Positions 28,258 through 40,598 of a DNA stretch of 54,733 nt are shown in pieces. Position 1 is the first letter of the stretch. Each line of letters begins with the position of its first letter. The position numbers were made by a program, and so were the translations under genes. Below the pieces are notes generated by a model. The model had not been told where the DNA came from and ran no database searches. It was given only the letters and a program-made list of their open reading frames with translations. Source of the DNA: an uncultured Actinomycetes bacterium (GTDB lineage Bacteria > Actinomycetota > Actinomycetes > S36-B12); assembly GCA_913057155.1 (NCBI GenBank), contig CAJXNV010000002.1, positions 1 to 54,733 on the forward strand. Direction: 5' to 3'.

Positions 28258-28982
28258 GTACGCAGATGGCCCGCCAGCCGATCGAACACCGTCCGTGGCT
28301 AACCCTCGCGGGCGTCCACGCCCGCTGGGTGCTGCGCACGACCTGGCGCAACGGTGAACAACTGCTGCTCGTGGTGGGCGTCCCGATCATCGCCCTGTTG
28401 GCGTTGACCCGCACCGACCTGCTCTCGGGAGTCACCGACCCGCTCGCGGTCGTGGCGGCCATGATCGTGCTCGGCAGCGGATTCACCTCACCGGCCATCA
28501 GTATCGCCTTCGAGCGGCGGTACGGAAGCTACGCGTTCTTGGGCACCACCCCCATGCCGCGCTCGGCGATCATCGCCGGAACCATCGGCGCGATCGCGGT
28601 CAGTGCGCTGATCGCAGCCGGGCTGGTCGGGGCGCTGGCTCCGGTGCTGGCAACGGGCCTCGCCCCGGCGGCCTTCGGCGGATTCATCGCCGCGATCGTC
28701 CTCGGGCTCGTGGCCGTCGTGCCCTGGGCCTTCGTCCTCGCGGGGACCGCGCGAGCCGAATCCGTACTCGTCGTCGCCAACGCGGTGTTCTTGGTCGCGA
28801 TCGTGTTCGGCGGGGTGTTGATCCCGGCCGCTTCCCTGCCGTTCGGGGCGGTGCTGGCCTACCTGCCGCCCGACGCCGTGGTGCAGGTCGCAAGCGGTCC
28901 TGTCGCGGTGCCGACACTCGTGCTGCTCGGCTGGGCGTTCATCGGTTCGGTGCTCGCGACGAGGACGTTCCGTTGGCGCTAG
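28254..28982 (+). CDS. ABC-2 type transporter permease
   Basis: Track ORF 27693..28982 trimmed to the ATG at 28254 (ATGA overlap with the ATPase stop). 242 aa with about six hydrophobic segments. Confidence 0.8.
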   Translation: MSTQMARQPIEHRPWLTLAGVHARWVLRTTWRNGEQLLLVVGVPIIALLALTRTDLLSGVTDPLAVVAAMIVLGSGFTSPAISIAFERRYGSYAFLGTTPMPRSAIIAGTIGAIAVSALIAAGLVGALAPVLATGLAPAAFGGFIAAIVLGLVAVVPWAFVLAGTARAESVLVVANAVFLVAIVFGGVLIPAASLPFGAVLAYLPPDAVVQVASGPVAVPTLVLLGWAFIGSVLATRTFRWR

Positions 28983-28991
28983 CCGCGGGCC

Positions 28992-30071
28992 GTGGGGGCG
29001 GTGCAACACCGTTCAGCCGAGCACCCGCACTCGGGTTACGCTGACACGGTGAGCGCGTCCGTTCTCTCCCAGGCTCCCTCGGGGGGCTTTCCAGCACTGT
29101 CCGGGCGATCCCCCCGCTGGGTTCGCGGCATCTACATCGCCAACCTCGTGGTGCAAGGCGGCATCGTCGTCACCGGTGCGGTAGTACGCATCACCGGTAG
29201 CGGACTCGGCTGCCCCACGTGGCCCGAATGCACCGAGGGTTCCTTCGTGCCCACGGCCGAGCAGGTGGAGTCCTGGCACAAGTTCATCGAATTCGGTAAC
29301 CGACTCCTGACCTTCGTGCTCGCCGCAGCGGCCATCGCCGCCGTCGTCGCGGCGTTGATCGACCGACGCCGCCGCCGCCAGCTTGGCCTGACACCTCGGC
29401 CCATCCTCACCGTGCTCGCCGTCGTGCCACTGGTGGGTACGGTCGTGCAAGCCGTCCTCGGTGGCATCACCGTGCTGACCGGTCTGCATCCGCTGACGGT
29501 CTCCGCGCACTTCCTTGTCTCGATCGCGCTCATCGCCGCGTGCGTTGCTCTCGTGGTGCGCTCGGGTGAACCCGGTGACCAGCCGGTGCGCTGGCTGGTG
29601 GCCAAGCCCGTTCGGTTGCTCACCTGGGCGCTGGTCGCGGCCACGCTCGTCGTCGTCATCCTCGGGGTGATCACCACCGGCAGCGGCCCGCATTCGGGCG
29701 ATGCCGACGTAGTCGTGCGATTCGGATTCGACCCACGTACCGTCGCGTGGCTGCATGCCGATTCGGTGCTGCTTTTCCTCGGTTTGACGATAGGCCTGCT
29801 GGTGACCGCGCACGTCGCCTCGGCTCCGCGTCGACTCACCAAGCGGATCGTGGTCTTGCTCGCGATCTCCCTCGTGCAGGGTTTCCTCGGTTATTCCCAG
29901 TACTTCACGGGACTGCCGGAGTTACTCGTCTCGTTGCACGTCTTGGGGGCGGTACTGGTGTGGATCGCCGTGCTCTTCCTACCGCCCACTCTGCGCAGCC
30001 GGGGTGTCGACAACGGCCGCGATACGGGTACCGAGCCGGCTATGGCTCGGGGCTCGGCGGCTTCGCTTTAG
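28992..30071 (+). CDS. ctaA: heme A synthase (COX15/CtaA family)
   Basis: GAVVRITGSGLGCPTWPEC plus WHKFIEFGNR and multiple TM helices with His residues (SAHFLV, SLHVLG). The start is uncertain: GTG at 28992, 29001 or 29049. Confidence 0.85.
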   Translation: MGAVQHRSAEHPHSGYADTVSASVLSQAPSGGFPALSGRSPRWVRGIYIANLVVQGGIVVTGAVVRITGSGLGCPTWPECTEGSFVPTAEQVESWHKFIEFGNRLLTFVLAAAAIAAVVAALIDRRRRRQLGLTPRPILTVLAVVPLVGTVVQAVLGGITVLTGLHPLTVSAHFLVSIALIAACVALVVRSGEPGDQPVRWLVAKPVRLLTWALVAATLVVVILGVITTGSGPHSGDADVVVRFGFDPRTVAWLHADSVLLFLGLTIGLLVTAHVASAPRRLTKRIVVLLAISLVQGFLGYSQYFTGLPELLVSLHVLGAVLVWIAVLFLPPTLRSRGVDNGRDTGTEPAMARGSAASL

Positions 30072-30073
30072 CT

Positions 30074-31117
30074 CTAGGCGACGAACGGGTCGAGTCCGAC
30101 GAGCAGGAACAGCACCGCCAAGTACGTGATCGAGCCGTGGAACAACCGCATGGACTGCTTCAAGGACCGTGCTGAGTACTCCTGATCGTTCGACGAATCC
30201 ACCTGCCCGTCGACCGCCGCCACGACTGCGCCACGCGCATCGTCACGGATGCTGCTCCAGAGCCGATAGGCCTGGACCAGGAACGCTGCCCCCAACACGG
30301 TCGCCCCGATGCCGTATACCCAACCCATCGGCGCGATGACGATCAGTGCCAGCGAGGTGCCGACCATCACCCACGAGTAGGCCACGATGTGCCGAGCGAC
30401 GCTCCGCGGACTGCGCACCGCCGGGAGCATGGGGATGTCGGCGGCCCGGTAGTCCTCGCGGTACTTGATCGCCAGCGGCCAGTAGTGCGGTGGTGTCCAC
30501 CAGAAGACGATCAGGAACAACACGACCGGGGTCCAATTCAAGGATCCGGTCACCGCGCTCCACGCGATCAGGACCGGCATGCAGCCAGCGGCTCCACCCC
30601 AGACGATGTTCTGGTCGGTGCGCCGCTTGAGCAACATGGTGTAGCCGACCGCGTAGCCGAGGATGGCCACGCCGGCGAGCAGGGCGGATAGCGGATTGGC
30701 CAGCACCGTGAGGGTCGTGATGCTCAGCGCGCTGAGCACCAGGCCCTGGATGAATCCGGCCGACATCGACACCTGACCGGTCACGGCCGGCCGCTTGGTG
30801 GTGCGGTGCATCACCGAGTCGATATCCCGGTCGTACAGGGAATTGAAGGTGTTGGCCGCCCCCGCGGCGAACGCCCCGCCGATCAGGACCGCGATCGTGG
30901 CTCGCCACGTGGGTAGACCCCGAGCGGCGAGGAACATAGTGGGCAGTGCCGTGACCAGCAGTAACTCGATGATCCGTGGCTTGGTGAGGGCGATGTGCGC
31001 CCGCAGGCGGTCAGCGAAGGTCGGTCGCGTGGCGATAGGGCCTTCGGTTTTGCCGACGAGCGCCACGCTGGACTCCTTACCGATCGGTGCTGGGCCATTT
31101 CTTGAAACGTCGTTCAT
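30074..31117 (-). CDS. ctaB: protoheme IX farnesyltransferase (heme O synthase)
   Basis: UbiA-type motifs NTFNSLYDRDID and KRRTDQNIVWGG. The protein is polytopic. It is convergent with ctaA, with only 2 nt between the stop codons. Confidence 0.92.
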   Translation of the reverse strand: MNDVSRNGPAPIGKESSVALVGKTEGPIATRPTFADRLRAHIALTKPRIIELLLVTALPTMFLAARGLPTWRATIAVLIGGAFAAGAANTFNSLYDRDIDSVMHRTTKRPAVTGQVSMSAGFIQGLVLSALSITTLTVLANPLSALLAGVAILGYAVGYTMLLKRRTDQNIVWGGAAGCMPVLIAWSAVTGSLNWTPVVLFLIVFWWTPPHYWPLAIKYREDYRAADIPMLPAVRSPRSVARHIVAYSWVMVGTSLALIVIAPMGWVYGIGATVLGAAFLVQAYRLWSSIRDDARGAVVAAVDGQVDSSNDQEYSARSLKQSMRLFHGSITYLAVLFLLVGLDPFVA

Positions 31118-31205
31118 TTAATCACGAGAGCGTACTAGCCGATCGCCCTCGAGAACAGCATCACCCGCACGCGGGATCACGCTCGTATCTCGATGCTACT
31201 TCCCC

Positions 31206-31211
31206 TAGGCT
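31206..31211 (+). promoter_or_regulatory. putative -10 element (TAGGCT) of a leaderless tkt transcript
   Basis: TAGGCT, then CTCGGC (6 nt), then the GTG at 31218. There is no SD. Confidence 0.3.
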
Positions 31212-31217
31212 CTCGGC

Positions 31218-33290
31218 GTGCCTTCCGCCGCCGATTCACCTGCCACCGACCTGTCCTGGAGTCCCGAGGACTCCCGTGCCGTCACCTACCTGCGAGCACT
31301 GGCTATGGATGCCGTGCAGCAGGCCGGCAACGGCCACCCCGGAACCGCCATGGCGCTCGCCCCCGCGGCCTACCTGCTGTTCCGCGACTACGTCCGCCAT
31401 GATCCTTCCGATCCCACCTGGCTCGGCAGGGATCGTTTCGTCCTATCAGCGGGGCACTCGAGCCTGACCCTGTACAGCCAGTTGTTCCTATCTGGCTACG
31501 GCCTGGAGTTGGACGACCTTCGCGCCTTCCGTACTTGGGGTTCGGCGACCCCCGGTCACCCCGAGTACGGCCACACCCCCGGGGTGGAGACCACCACCGG
31601 GCCGCTCGGCCAAGGCATAGCGACCGCCGTCGGGATGGCGATGTCCACCCGATTCGAGCGCGGGCTGTTCGACCCCGCCGGCGATGGCGGCAGTTGCTTC
31701 GATCACCGGATCTGGGTCATCGCCTCCGACGGTGACCTGGAGGAAGGCATCTCCGCGGAGGCCTCCTCGTTGGCCGGTCGGCAACGCCTGGCGAACCTGT
31801 GCGTCATCTGGGACGACAACCGCATCTCCATCGAAGGCGATACGGGCGTCGCTATCGACGAGGACGTCGTCGCGCGGTACCGCGCCTACGGCTGGCACGT
31901 GCACGAGGTCGATGCGCTGGCCTCGGGCGATGTGGACCTCGAGGGGCTCGATGCGGCCTTGCGCGCCGCAGCCGGGACATCGGATCGACCCACCTTCATC
32001 CGGATGCGCACGACCATCGCGTGGCCGGCACCCACCGCGCAGGGCACCGCGAAGTCGCACGGAGCGGCGTTGGGCGCCGATGAGGTCGCCGCCACCAAAC
32101 GCGAACTCGGCCTAGACCCCGAAGCGCACTTCGCCTTCGATGAGTCGTTGTTGGATTCGATCCGCACTTCGCGCGCCGAACGCGCCCGCGTCGAGCGGGA
32201 GCAGTGGGAGCGGGACTACCGGGCCTGGCGTGCGGACGATCCCGACCGGGCCGCTTTACTGGATCGCCTGCTGGCCCACGACCTTCCCGCCGGTCTCACC
32301 GAGGCGCTCCCGGTCTACGAAGCAGGAGCCGGTGTGCCGACCCGTAAGGCATCCGGCGAGACCATCAACGCCCTCGCGGGGGTCATGCCCGAGTTGTGGG
32401 GAGGTTCGGCCGATCTCGCCGAATCGAACAACACCACCATCGACGGGGCCTTGAGCTTCCTGCCCGAAAGCACCGACACCTCCTCCCCCTACGGCCGGAT
32501 CATCCACTTCGGTATCCGCGAACACGCCATGGGTGCGATCGTCAACGGCATCGCCCTCGACGGACTCACCCGACCCTTCGGGGGCACGTTCCTGGTCTTC
32601 AGCGATTACATGCGCGGTGCGGTGCGGCTAGCAGCGCTGATGCAGGTGCCGAGCACCTTCGTGTGGACGCACGATTCCATCGGACTCGGTGAGGACGGCC
32701 CGACGCACCAGCCCATCGAGCACCTATGGTCCTTGCGCGCCATCCCCGGTTTCGCGGTGTGCCGACCGGCCGATGCCCAGGAGACCGCGGCGGCGTGGTC
32801 CGCCATCGTGCACCAGCAGGCCCCGGTCGGTCTCGTCTTGACGCGGCAAGCGGTTCCGGTGGCACCCACCCCCGTCGACGAGGTCCGCGAGGGCGTTCGC
32901 CGCGGTGGCTACCTCGTTCGCCGCGCAACCGGCGCCGGGCCCGCGGCCGCGTTGATCCTGGCAACCGGATCGGAGGTGCACATCGCCTTGGCGGCTGCCG
33001 AGACGCTGGCCGCCGAAGGAATCGAGACCGACGTCGCGAGCCTGCCGTGCCTGGAATGGTTCGAGGCGCAAAGTCGCGAGTACCGCGATTCGATCCTCGA
33101 TCCGACGATCACCGCGCGGGTTGCGGTCGAAGCCGGGTCACCGCAAGGCTGGTACCGATACGTCGGGATGCAAGGGGCTGTCGTGGGCATCGATCATTTC
33201 GGGGCGAGCGCCTCCGGTTCGACGTTGTTCGAGGAATTCGGCATCACGGCCGCGGCGGTGGCCGACCGCGTGCGCGGGCTTCTGGCATGA
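31218..33290 (+). CDS. tkt: transketolase
   Basis: 690 aa. ThDP motifs [21 protein letters not shown], and [19 protein letters not shown]. Confidence 0.96.
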   Translation: MPSAADSPATDLSWSPEDSRAVTYLRALAMDAVQQAGNGHPGTAMALAPAAYLLFRDYVRHDPSDPTWLGRDRFVLSAGHSSLTLYSQLFLSGYGLELDDLRAFRTWGSATPGHPEYGHTPGVETTTGPLGQGIATAVGMAMSTRFERGLFDPAGDGGSCFDHRIWVIASDGDLEEGISAEASSLAGRQRLANLCVIWDDNRISIEGDTGVAIDEDVVARYRAYGWHVHEVDALASGDVDLEGLDAALRAAAGTSDRPTFIRMRTTIAWPAPTAQGTAKSHGAALGADEVAATKRELGLDPEAHFAFDESLLDSIRTSRAERARVEREQWERDYRAWRADDPDRAALLDRLLAHDLPAGLTEALPVYEAGAGVPTRKASGETINALAGVMPELWGGSADLAESNNTTIDGALSFLPESTDTSSPYGRIIHFGIREHAMGAIVNGIALDGLTRPFGGTFLVFSDYMRGAVRLAALMQVPSTFVWTHDSIGLGEDGPTHQPIEHLWSLRAIPGFAVCRPADAQETAAAWSAIVHQQAPVGLVLTRQAVPVAPTPVDEVREGVRRGGYLVRRATGAGPAAALILATGSEVHIALAAAETLAAEGIETDVASLPCLEWFEAQSREYRDSILDPTITARVAVEAGSPQGWYRYVGMQGAVVGIDHFGASASGSTLFEEFGITAAAVADRVRGLLA

Positions 33291-33301
33291 GTGGCATGAG
33301 T
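33284..33301. repeat. 9-bp tandem duplication spanning the tkt stop / tal start
   Basis: GGCATGAGT occurs at 33284-33292 and 33293-33301. This gives two ATGs in identical context (MSGMSA...). Confidence 0.9.
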
Positions 33302-34423
33302 GCCGCCGTCCTACGCGAACTCGCGGCCGCCGGCGTCAGCCTGTGGCTCGACGATCTCGACCGCACCCGGCTCGAACCCGATCGGGTCGACGGCGGACTC
33401 GGTCACCTCATCGAGGCCTACTCGATCTGCGGGGTCACGACCAACCCGACCATCTTCGATCGCGCCGTGGGCTCGGGAACCGATGCCTACGACGAACAAC
33501 TCCGCCAACTCGCCGCGAGGTCGGTGGGCGTCGACGACGCCATCCGCACCATCACCACCGACGACGTTCGCGCTGCGTGCGACATCTTGCACCCGGTCTG
33601 GGCGCAAACCGGTGGCAAGGACGGTCGGGTCTCCATCGAGGTGGATCCGCGGCTCGCCCACGATCCCGAGGGCACCATCGAGCAGGCCCGGGAGTTGTGG
33701 CACCTAGTCGATCGTCCGAACGCGATGATCAAGATCCCCGCCACCGAAGCCGGCCTGCCGGCCATCTCACAGACCCTGGCCCAGGGCATCAGCGTCAACG
33801 TCACCTTGATCTTCTCGATCCAGCGCTACCGGGAAGTGATGACAGCGCACGCCGAGGGCCTACGACGAGCCGCCGCCGCCGGCCACGATGTATCGGCCAT
33901 CGAGTCCGTCGCGTCCTTCTTCGTCAGCCGCGTGGACACCGCCATCGACGGCATCCTCGATTCCCTCGACGATCCGCGGGCCGGTTCATTACGCGGCCGC
34001 GCCGCCATCGCGAACGCGCGACTGGCCTGGCAGGCCTACATCGACCACTGCGCGAGCGAGGATTGGCAGCAGTTGCACGCCCTCGGCGCCCGACCGCAGC
34101 GGCCGCTGTGGGCCAGCACCGGAGTGAAGGATCCGACCTACGACCCCGACCGCTACGTCGTCGAACTCGTCGCGCCGGGCTGCGTCAACACCCTGCCCGA
34201 GGCCACCTTGATGGCCGTCGCGGAGCACGGGCGCTTCAGTGGCGACACCGTCAGCGGAACAGCCGAGCAGAGCACCGCGGTGATCGAAGGACTCGCCGAC
34301 CTCGGTATCGATATCGAGCGAGTCTGCGCGGAGTTGGAAACCGCCGGCGTGCGCTCTTTCATCGACTCCTGGGAAGCGCTGCGCAGCACAGTCGAGTCCG
34401 CACTCAAGCGCCGCGGCCGATGA
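33287..34423 (+). CDS. tal: transaldolase (long actinobacterial type)
   Basis: Track ORF 32726..34423 trimmed to the ATG at 33287 (ATGA overlap with the tkt stop). [18 protein letters not shown], and MIKIPAT (Schiff-base lysine context). Confidence 0.93.
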   Translation: MSGMSAAVLRELAAAGVSLWLDDLDRTRLEPDRVDGGLGHLIEAYSICGVTTNPTIFDRAVGSGTDAYDEQLRQLAARSVGVDDAIRTITTDDVRAACDILHPVWAQTGGKDGRVSIEVDPRLAHDPEGTIEQARELWHLVDRPNAMIKIPATEAGLPAISQTLAQGISVNVTLIFSIQRYREVMTAHAEGLRRAAAAGHDVSAIESVASFFVSRVDTAIDGILDSLDDPRAGSLRGRAAIANARLAWQAYIDHCASEDWQQLHALGARPQRPLWASTGVKDPTYDPDRYVVELVAPGCVNTLPEATLMAVAEHGRFSGDTVSGTAEQSTAVIEGLADLGIDIERVCAELETAGVRSFIDSWEALRSTVESALKRRGR

Positions 34424-35943
34424 CCAATCCGCTGCGCTCGGCGGCCGATACCCGGTTGCCTCGGGTGGCGGGTCCGTGCGCCATCGTGCTGTTCGGCGTC
34501 ACCGGTGACCTCGCCCGCAAGAAGGTGATGCCGGCGATCTACGACCTAGCCGCCCGCGGCCTGCTGCCACCGGGCTTCGCGCTCGTGGGCTTCGCGCGCC
34601 GGGATTGGGAGGATCAGGACTTCGCGCAGACCGTCCGTGAGGCGGTCGCCGAGCACTCCCGTACCGGTTTCGACCCCGCCACCTGGGAACGCCTGGCCGA
34701 GGGCATCCGGTTCGTAGCCGGCGACGCCTCCGATCCCGAGGCCTACCGCCGTCTCGGAGATGCGATCTCGACCCTCGACGCCGAACGCGGCACCGGCGGC
34801 AACCACGCCTTCTACCTGTCCATCCCGCCGTCGGTGTTCCCCACCGTGCTCACCCAGCTCCAGGAAAGCGGCTTGGCCGAGCCACCGCATCCGCAGGCGT
34901 GGCGCCGGGTGGTGATCGAGAAGCCCTTCGGGCACGACCTAGCCAGCGCCGAGGAGCTCGACCAGCTCGTCGATGACGTCTTCCCGCCCGAATCGGTGTT
35001 CCGCATCGATCATTACCTCGGCAAGGAGACGGTGCAGAACATCCTCGCGGTGCGTTTCGCGAACGCCATGTTCGAGCCGCTGTGGAACGGCAATTTCGTC
35101 GACAACATCCAGATCACCATGGCCGAGGACATCGGTATCGGGGGTCGCGCCGGTTACTACGACGGCATCGGTGCCGCCCGCGACGTCATGCAGAACCATC
35201 TGCTGCAACTGCTCGCGCTGACGGCTATGGAGGAGCCGTTGACCTTCTCCGCCGCCGACGTACGGGCCGAGAAGACCAAGGCGTTGGCTGCCGTGCGCCT
35301 GCCCGCGGATATCGACGCGCACACCTCCCGAGGGCAGTACGCCGCGGGTTGGCAGGGTGGACTGCCGGTCGCTGGGTTCCTCGAGGAGGAGGGCATCTCC
35401 CCCGATTCGACCACTGAGACCTACGCGGCCGCCCGATTCGATGTGGACACCCGACGGTGGGCGGGCGTTCCGTTCTACCTGCGCACGGGCAAGCGACTCG
35501 GTCGCCGGGTCACCGAGGTCGCGGTCGTCTTCAAGCGCGCGCCCCACTCTCCTTTCCCCGAGCGCAGCGTGTCCGAGTTGAGCAACAACGCCCTGGTGTT
35601 CCGGATCCAGCCCGATGAGGGGATCACGGTCCGTTTCGGCTCGAAGGTGCCCGACACCCAGTCCATCGAGGTCCGTGACGTCACCATGGACTTCCAATAC
35701 GGGGAGTCCTTCGCCGACACCAGTCCGGAGGCCTACGAGCGTTTGATCCTGGACGTCCTCCTCGGCGATCCACCGCTGTTCCCGGATCGGTCCGAAGTGG
35801 AGTTGTCCTGGTCGATCATCGACCCCATGTTGGAGCGCTGGGCCGAGCAGGGCCGGCCGGAGGAGTACGCCTCCGGTGGCTGGGGTCCGCAGTCGGCCTA
35901 TCGGATGATCGAACGCGACGGTCGAATGTGGCGGCGGCCATGA
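34420..35943 (+). CDS. zwf: glucose-6-phosphate dehydrogenase
   Basis: Track ORF 33121..35943 trimmed to the ATG at 34420 (ATGA overlap). [11 protein letters not shown] dinucleotide motif and RIDHYLGKE active-site motif. Confidence 0.96.
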   Translation: MTNPLRSAADTRLPRVAGPCAIVLFGVTGDLARKKVMPAIYDLAARGLLPPGFALVGFARRDWEDQDFAQTVREAVAEHSRTGFDPATWERLAEGIRFVAGDASDPEAYRRLGDAISTLDAERGTGGNHAFYLSIPPSVFPTVLTQLQESGLAEPPHPQAWRRVVIEKPFGHDLASAEELDQLVDDVFPPESVFRIDHYLGKETVQNILAVRFANAMFEPLWNGNFVDNIQITMAEDIGIGGRAGYYDGIGAARDVMQNHLLQLLALTAMEEPLTFSAADVRAEKTKALAAVRLPADIDAHTSRGQYAAGWQGGLPVAGFLEEEGISPDSTTETYAAARFDVDTRRWAGVPFYLRTGKRLGRRVTEVAVVFKRAPHSPFPERSVSELSNNALVFRIQPDEGITVRFGSKVPDTQSIEVRDVTMDFQYGESFADTSPEAYERLILDVLLGDPPLFPDRSEVELSWSIIDPMLERWAEQGRPEEYASGGWGPQSAYRMIERDGRMWRRP

Positions 35944-36899
35944 TCCGACTCGAGGACACCAGCGGCGCGGAGGTCGCCGCGGCCATCGCCGCCGAACGTC
36001 ACCGGCAAGGATCGCCCACCACCGGGATGGTCCTGACCTTGCTGATCATGGCCGACGAGGAGCACCAGGAAGAGGCCACCTCGGCAGCCGTGCGGGCGGC
36101 CCGTCAGCATCCGATGCGCATCATCACGGTCATCCCCCGTCCGTCGAGTGCGCCCGCCCCGGCGCGACTGGACGCCTTGGTCTCGGTCGGGGGCGACGAC
36201 GGTCCCGGTGAGTTGGCGATCTTGCGACTGCGCGGCTCACTGGCCGAGCACGCCGGTTCGGTCGTGATTCCGCTTCTGCTCGCCGACACCCCGATCGTCG
36301 CCTACTGGCCCGGCACCCCACCACCGGATCCCAGCGTCGATCACATCGGTCGGCACGCAACGCGCAGGATCACCGATGCCACCATGGCTTTGGATCCGAA
36401 CGCGGCGTTGCGGGCCCGAGCATCGAGCTACGCCCCGGGGGACAGCGATCTCGCGTGGACCAGGCTCACCGCCTGGCGCACCGTCCTGGCCGGCTCGCTG
36501 GATACGCACCCGACACCGCACGTCGAGGAGGTGGTGATCGAGGCCGGTTCCGCGCTACCGACGGCACACCTGCTCGGTGCCTGGTTGGGGCTACGGCTGG
36601 CGGTACCGGTTCGGATCGTCGAGGTGGACAGCACGCATATCGAAGCGGTCACGTTGGCCACCCCGGAGGGACCCATCGACGTGCGACGACGGGCCGCGTC
36701 GAGTTCGGCGCGTGACCACGTGCACGACGACGGGCGTTGGCAGAACGCCACCTTGTCCCGACCGGGCGCACCCGCGACCGGGATCATGCTCCCGATCCGT
36801 GGCCTCGATGAGTTGCTCGCAGAGGAACTACGGCACCTCGCCCCGGACAGCGAATACGGCGCAGTGGTGCGATCTATGGCTGCTTCGGGATCTAGCTGA
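35940..36899 (+). CDS. opcA: glucose-6-phosphate dehydrogenase assembly protein OpcA
   Basis: The ATG at 35940 overlaps the zwf stop (ATGA). 319 aa. The product [12 protein letters not shown]...RIITVI...YWPG and its position directly after zwf are typical of OpcA. Confidence 0.85.
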   Translation: MIRLEDTSGAEVAAAIAAERHRQGSPTTGMVLTLLIMADEEHQEEATSAAVRAARQHPMRIITVIPRPSSAPAPARLDALVSVGGDDGPGELAILRLRGSLAEHAGSVVIPLLLADTPIVAYWPGTPPPDPSVDHIGRHATRRITDATMALDPNAALRARASSYAPGDSDLAWTRLTAWRTVLAGSLDTHPTPHVEEVVIEAGSALPTAHLLGAWLGLRLAVPVRIVEVDSTHIEAVTLATPEGPIDVRRRAASSSARDHVHDDGRWQNATLSRPGAPATGIMLPIRGLDELLAEELRHLAPDSEYGAVVRSMAASGSS

Positions 36900-37218
36900 G
36901 TCGGTCGAGCGCCTCTTGCAAGATCGCGGCGCCGTCCTTGTCCGAACGGCGTTCCTTCACGTAGGCCAGATGGGTCTTGTAGGGCTCGATCTTGGGGGCG
37001 TCGGGCGGGTTGTCCTTGTCGGTACCGGCCGGTAGTCCGCACCTCGGGCAATCCCACTCATCGGGGATTTCGGCATCGGAGGCGAAACTCGGGCGGGACT
37101 CGTGCTGGTTGGCGCACCAGAAGGACATGTGGATGCGCGGTGCCGCCTCGCCCCGCTCGGCCTCCCCCATCGGTCCGGCGCCTACTCGACTGCCCCGGAT
37201 CGCGCTGCCACCTGCCAT
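36892..37218 (-). CDS. rbpA: RNA polymerase-binding protein RbpA
   Basis: Track ORF trimmed to the ATG at 37218 (SD AGGAGAA). IRGSRVGA N-terminus, zinc-ribbon-type C-x2..H / CPRCG residues, and C-terminal KTHLAYVKERRS sigma-interaction-like helix. Confidence 0.9.
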   Translation of the reverse strand: MAGGSAIRGSRVGAGPMGEAERGEAAPRIHMSFWCANQHESRPSFASDAEIPDEWDCPRCGLPAGTDKDNPPDAPKIEPYKTHLAYVKERRSDKDGAAILQEALDRLS

Positions 37219-37281
37219 GGAATTCTCCTGTCGCCTGTGTTCTTCCGTTGTTGCATTGTTGCTTTGTCGCTTCGTTGCGCG

Positions 37282-37304
37282 CATCCGTTCGCGGGGAACG
37301 GATG
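37282..37304 (-). terminator. hairpin downstream of secG (putative terminator, no U-tract)
   Basis: CATCCGTTC (37282-37290), a 5-nt loop, then GAACGGATG (37296-37304). It starts 7 nt after the secG stop. Confidence 0.4.
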
Positions 37305-37310
37305 GTCTTG

Positions 37311-37553
37311 CTAGGTACTGATGATCAGACCGACGGCCACGATGCTCGCGGCCCAGATCAATCCGATGCCCACGGTGAGCCGGTCGAGGTTCTTCTCCGC
37401 GACCGACGAACCACCGATCGAGGAGGAGACGCCGCCGCCGAAGAGGTCGGACAGTCCGCCGCCCTTGCCGCGGTGCAACAAGATCAACACGATCAACAGC
37501 GCGCTGGTGATGACCAAGAGCACGGCGAGGACGATGGTCAGGACGGTGATCAT
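37311..37553 (-). CDS. secG: preprotein translocase subunit SecG
   Basis: 80 aa with two TM helices flanking the Gly-rich loop LHRGKGGGLSDLFGGG. Confidence 0.9.
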   Translation of the reverse strand: MITVLTIVLAVLLVITSALLIVLILLHRGKGGGLSDLFGGGVSSSIGGSSVAEKNLDRLTVGIGLIWAASIVAVGLIIST

Positions 37554-37579
37554 GAGGCTGCCAACGATACCCGGGGGTG

Positions 37580-38368
37580 CTAGGCAATCGGCGCAGGGTG
37601 CAGCCGGTAGCGCACGATGCCGATGAACTCGTCGGCATCCAGCGAGGCGCCACCGACCAAGGCTCCGTCCACATCCGGCTGGGCCATGATCTGTGCGACA
37701 TTGCTGGCCTTGACCGATCCGCCGTACAAGATCCGCACGGACTCACCCACCGAGGCGTCCCGTTCGGCGATGTCGGCCCGGATAGCAGCGCACACTTCCT
37801 GGGCGTCCTCCCCGGTGGCGACTTCACCGGTGCCGATCGCCCACACCGGCTCGTAGGCGATCACCAGGTCCGCGATCTGGGTGTCGCTCAGGCCAGCCAG
37901 GGAACCACGCACCTGTTCGAGCACGTACTCGACGTGCTGCCCGGACTGGCGAACCTCCAGACCCTCCCCCACGCACACGATCGGGACTATCTCGTTCGCG
38001 ATCGCCGCGGCCGCCTTGGCGGCGACGAGCGCATCGTCCTCACCGTGGTACTGCCGACGTTCGCTATGGCCGACCGCCACGAAGGTGCACCCGAGCTTGG
38101 CCAGCATCGCTCCGGAGACCTCACCGGTGTACGCCCCCGAGCCGTGCACCGAGATGTCCTGTGCTCCGTAGGCGATGTCGTAGTGATCACCCTCCACGAG
38201 GGTTTGCACACTGCGGATATCGGTGAACGGCGGCAAGACGGCGACCTCCACCGCCTCGAGGTCCTCGTCGTCGAGGCCGAACGCGAGTTTTTGCACCAGC
38301 GCGATCGCCTCGAAGTGGTTGAGGTTCATCTTCCAGTTACCAGCCATCAGGGGTTTGCGGCTGCTCAT
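37580..38368 (-). CDS. tpiA: triose-phosphate isomerase
   Basis: [15 protein letters not shown], and [11 protein letters not shown] motifs. The ATG overlaps the pgk stop (ATGA). Confidence 0.96.
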   Translation of the reverse strand: MSSRKPLMAGNWKMNLNHFEAIALVQKLAFGLDDEDLEAVEVAVLPPFTDIRSVQTLVEGDHYDIAYGAQDISVHGSGAYTGEVSGAMLAKLGCTFVAVGHSERRQYHGEDDALVAAKAAAAIANEIVPIVCVGEGLEVRQSGQHVEYVLEQVRGSLAGLSDTQIADLVIAYEPVWAIGTGEVATGEDAQEVCAAIRADIAERDASVGESVRILYGGSVKASNVAQIMAQPDVDGALVGGASLDADEFIGIVRYRLHPAPIA

Positions 38369-39567
38369 GCACTGTCCTCCAAGACGGTGAGCCCGGGGAG
38401 CTCCTTGCCCTCCAGGAATTCCAAACTCGCTCCCCCTCCGGTACTGATGTGATCGATGGCCGATTCCTCGATGCCGAGGGTGCGGATCGCGGCAGCGGAG
38501 TCACCGCCACCGACCACCGTCATGCCCGGTGCGGCGGCCATCGCTTCGGCGACCGTGCGCGTGCCCGACGCGAACGGCGTCATCTCGAAGACCCCCATCG
38601 GTCCATTCCATACGACGGTTCCGGCCGCTGCGATCCGCTCGGCGTAGCGCTTCGCGGTCGCCGGTCCGATGTCCAAGCCCATCCAGCCGTCGGGGATCGC
38701 CACGGCCGGCACGACACGCACCTGCGCATCCGCCGCGAACCGATCGGCCACCACTACGTCCACCGGTAGGGCCACCTCGATCCCACGGCGCTCCGCTTGT
38801 TCGAGGAAGCCTTCGACCACCGGGATCTGGTCGGACTCCAGCAGCGAGTCACCCACCGAATAGCCCTGCGCCGCCAGGAACGTGAAGGCCATCCCGCCGC
38901 CGATCAACAACCGGTCGACGCGAGGGATCAAGTTGCCGATGACCGAGAGCTTGTCGCTCACCTTGGAACCACCGAGTACGACGACGTACGGCCGCGCCGG
39001 GTCACCGAGCAGCGAGCCGAACACTTCCGATTCCCGTTGCACGAGCCGGCCGGCGGCGCTGGGCAGCAAGCGGGCGATATCGGTGACCGATGCTTGCTCA
39101 CGGTGCACCACGCCGAAGCCGTCGGAGACGTAGATGTCGCCGAGTTCGGCGAGTTCGCCGGCCAGGGCGGCGCGCTCGAGTGGGTCCTTGCTCGTTTCGC
39201 GCGGATCGAAGCGGATGTTCTCGAGCAGCACCATCTCCCCCGGGCTCACCCGCTCGAGCAGCGTGCGTGCCTGGTCGATGTCGGCCGCGAGATCGACCAC
39301 CGTGCCGAGGTACTGCGAGAGGGCCTCCGCGACGGGGGCCAGGCTCAACGACGGATCGACGCTGCCCTTGGGTCGGCCGAGGTGGGCGATCAGCAACACC
39401 CGGGCACCTTGATCACGCAGGTAGTCCAAGGTCGGCAGCGCCGCCTCGATGCGCCCGGGGTCGGTGATGATCCGGTTGCCGGATTCGTCGTCGGCGAGTG
39501 GGACGTTGAAGTCGACCCGGACGATGACGACCTTCCCGGCGACATCGAGGTCCTCGAGTGCGTGCAT
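38365..39567 (-). CDS. pgk: phosphoglycerate kinase
   Basis: Track ORF 38365..40119 trimmed to the ATG at 39567, 2 nt after the gap stop. [15 protein letters not shown], and GGGDSAAA motifs. Confidence 0.96.
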   Translation of the reverse strand: MHALEDLDVAGKVVIVRVDFNVPLADDESGNRIITDPGRIEAALPTLDYLRDQGARVLLIAHLGRPKGSVDPSLSLAPVAEALSQYLGTVVDLAADIDQARTLLERVSPGEMVLLENIRFDPRETSKDPLERAALAGELAELGDIYVSDGFGVVHREQASVTDIARLLPSAAGRLVQRESEVFGSLLGDPARPYVVVLGGSKVSDKLSVIGNLIPRVDRLLIGGGMAFTFLAAQGYSVGDSLLESDQIPVVEGFLEQAERRGIEVALPVDVVVADRFAADAQVRVVPAVAIPDGWMGLDIGPATAKRYAERIAAAGTVVWNGPMGVFEMTPFASGTRTVAEAMAAAPGMTVVGGGDSAAAIRTLGIEESAIDHISTGGGASLEFLEGKELPGLTVLEDSA

Positions 39568-39569
39568 AT

Positions 39570-40598
<1,029 letters not shown>

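Noticed and set aside
33121-34419. N-terminal 433 codons of the 940-aa track ORF preceding the zwf ATG; the same applies to 32726-33286 preceding tal
   Set aside because: These extensions run through tkt/tal in other frames and are Arg/Pro-rich nonsense. The canonical N-termini (MTNPLRS...[11 protein letters not shown] and [12 protein letters not shown]...) begin at ATGs that overlap the upstream stops.
37219-37281. A/C-rich low-GC rbpA leader containing an upstream ATG (23-codon out-of-frame uORF overlapping the rbpA start)
   Set aside because: The uORF has no SD or leaderless signature and its peptide has no features. The A-rich unstructured leader is sufficient explanation.
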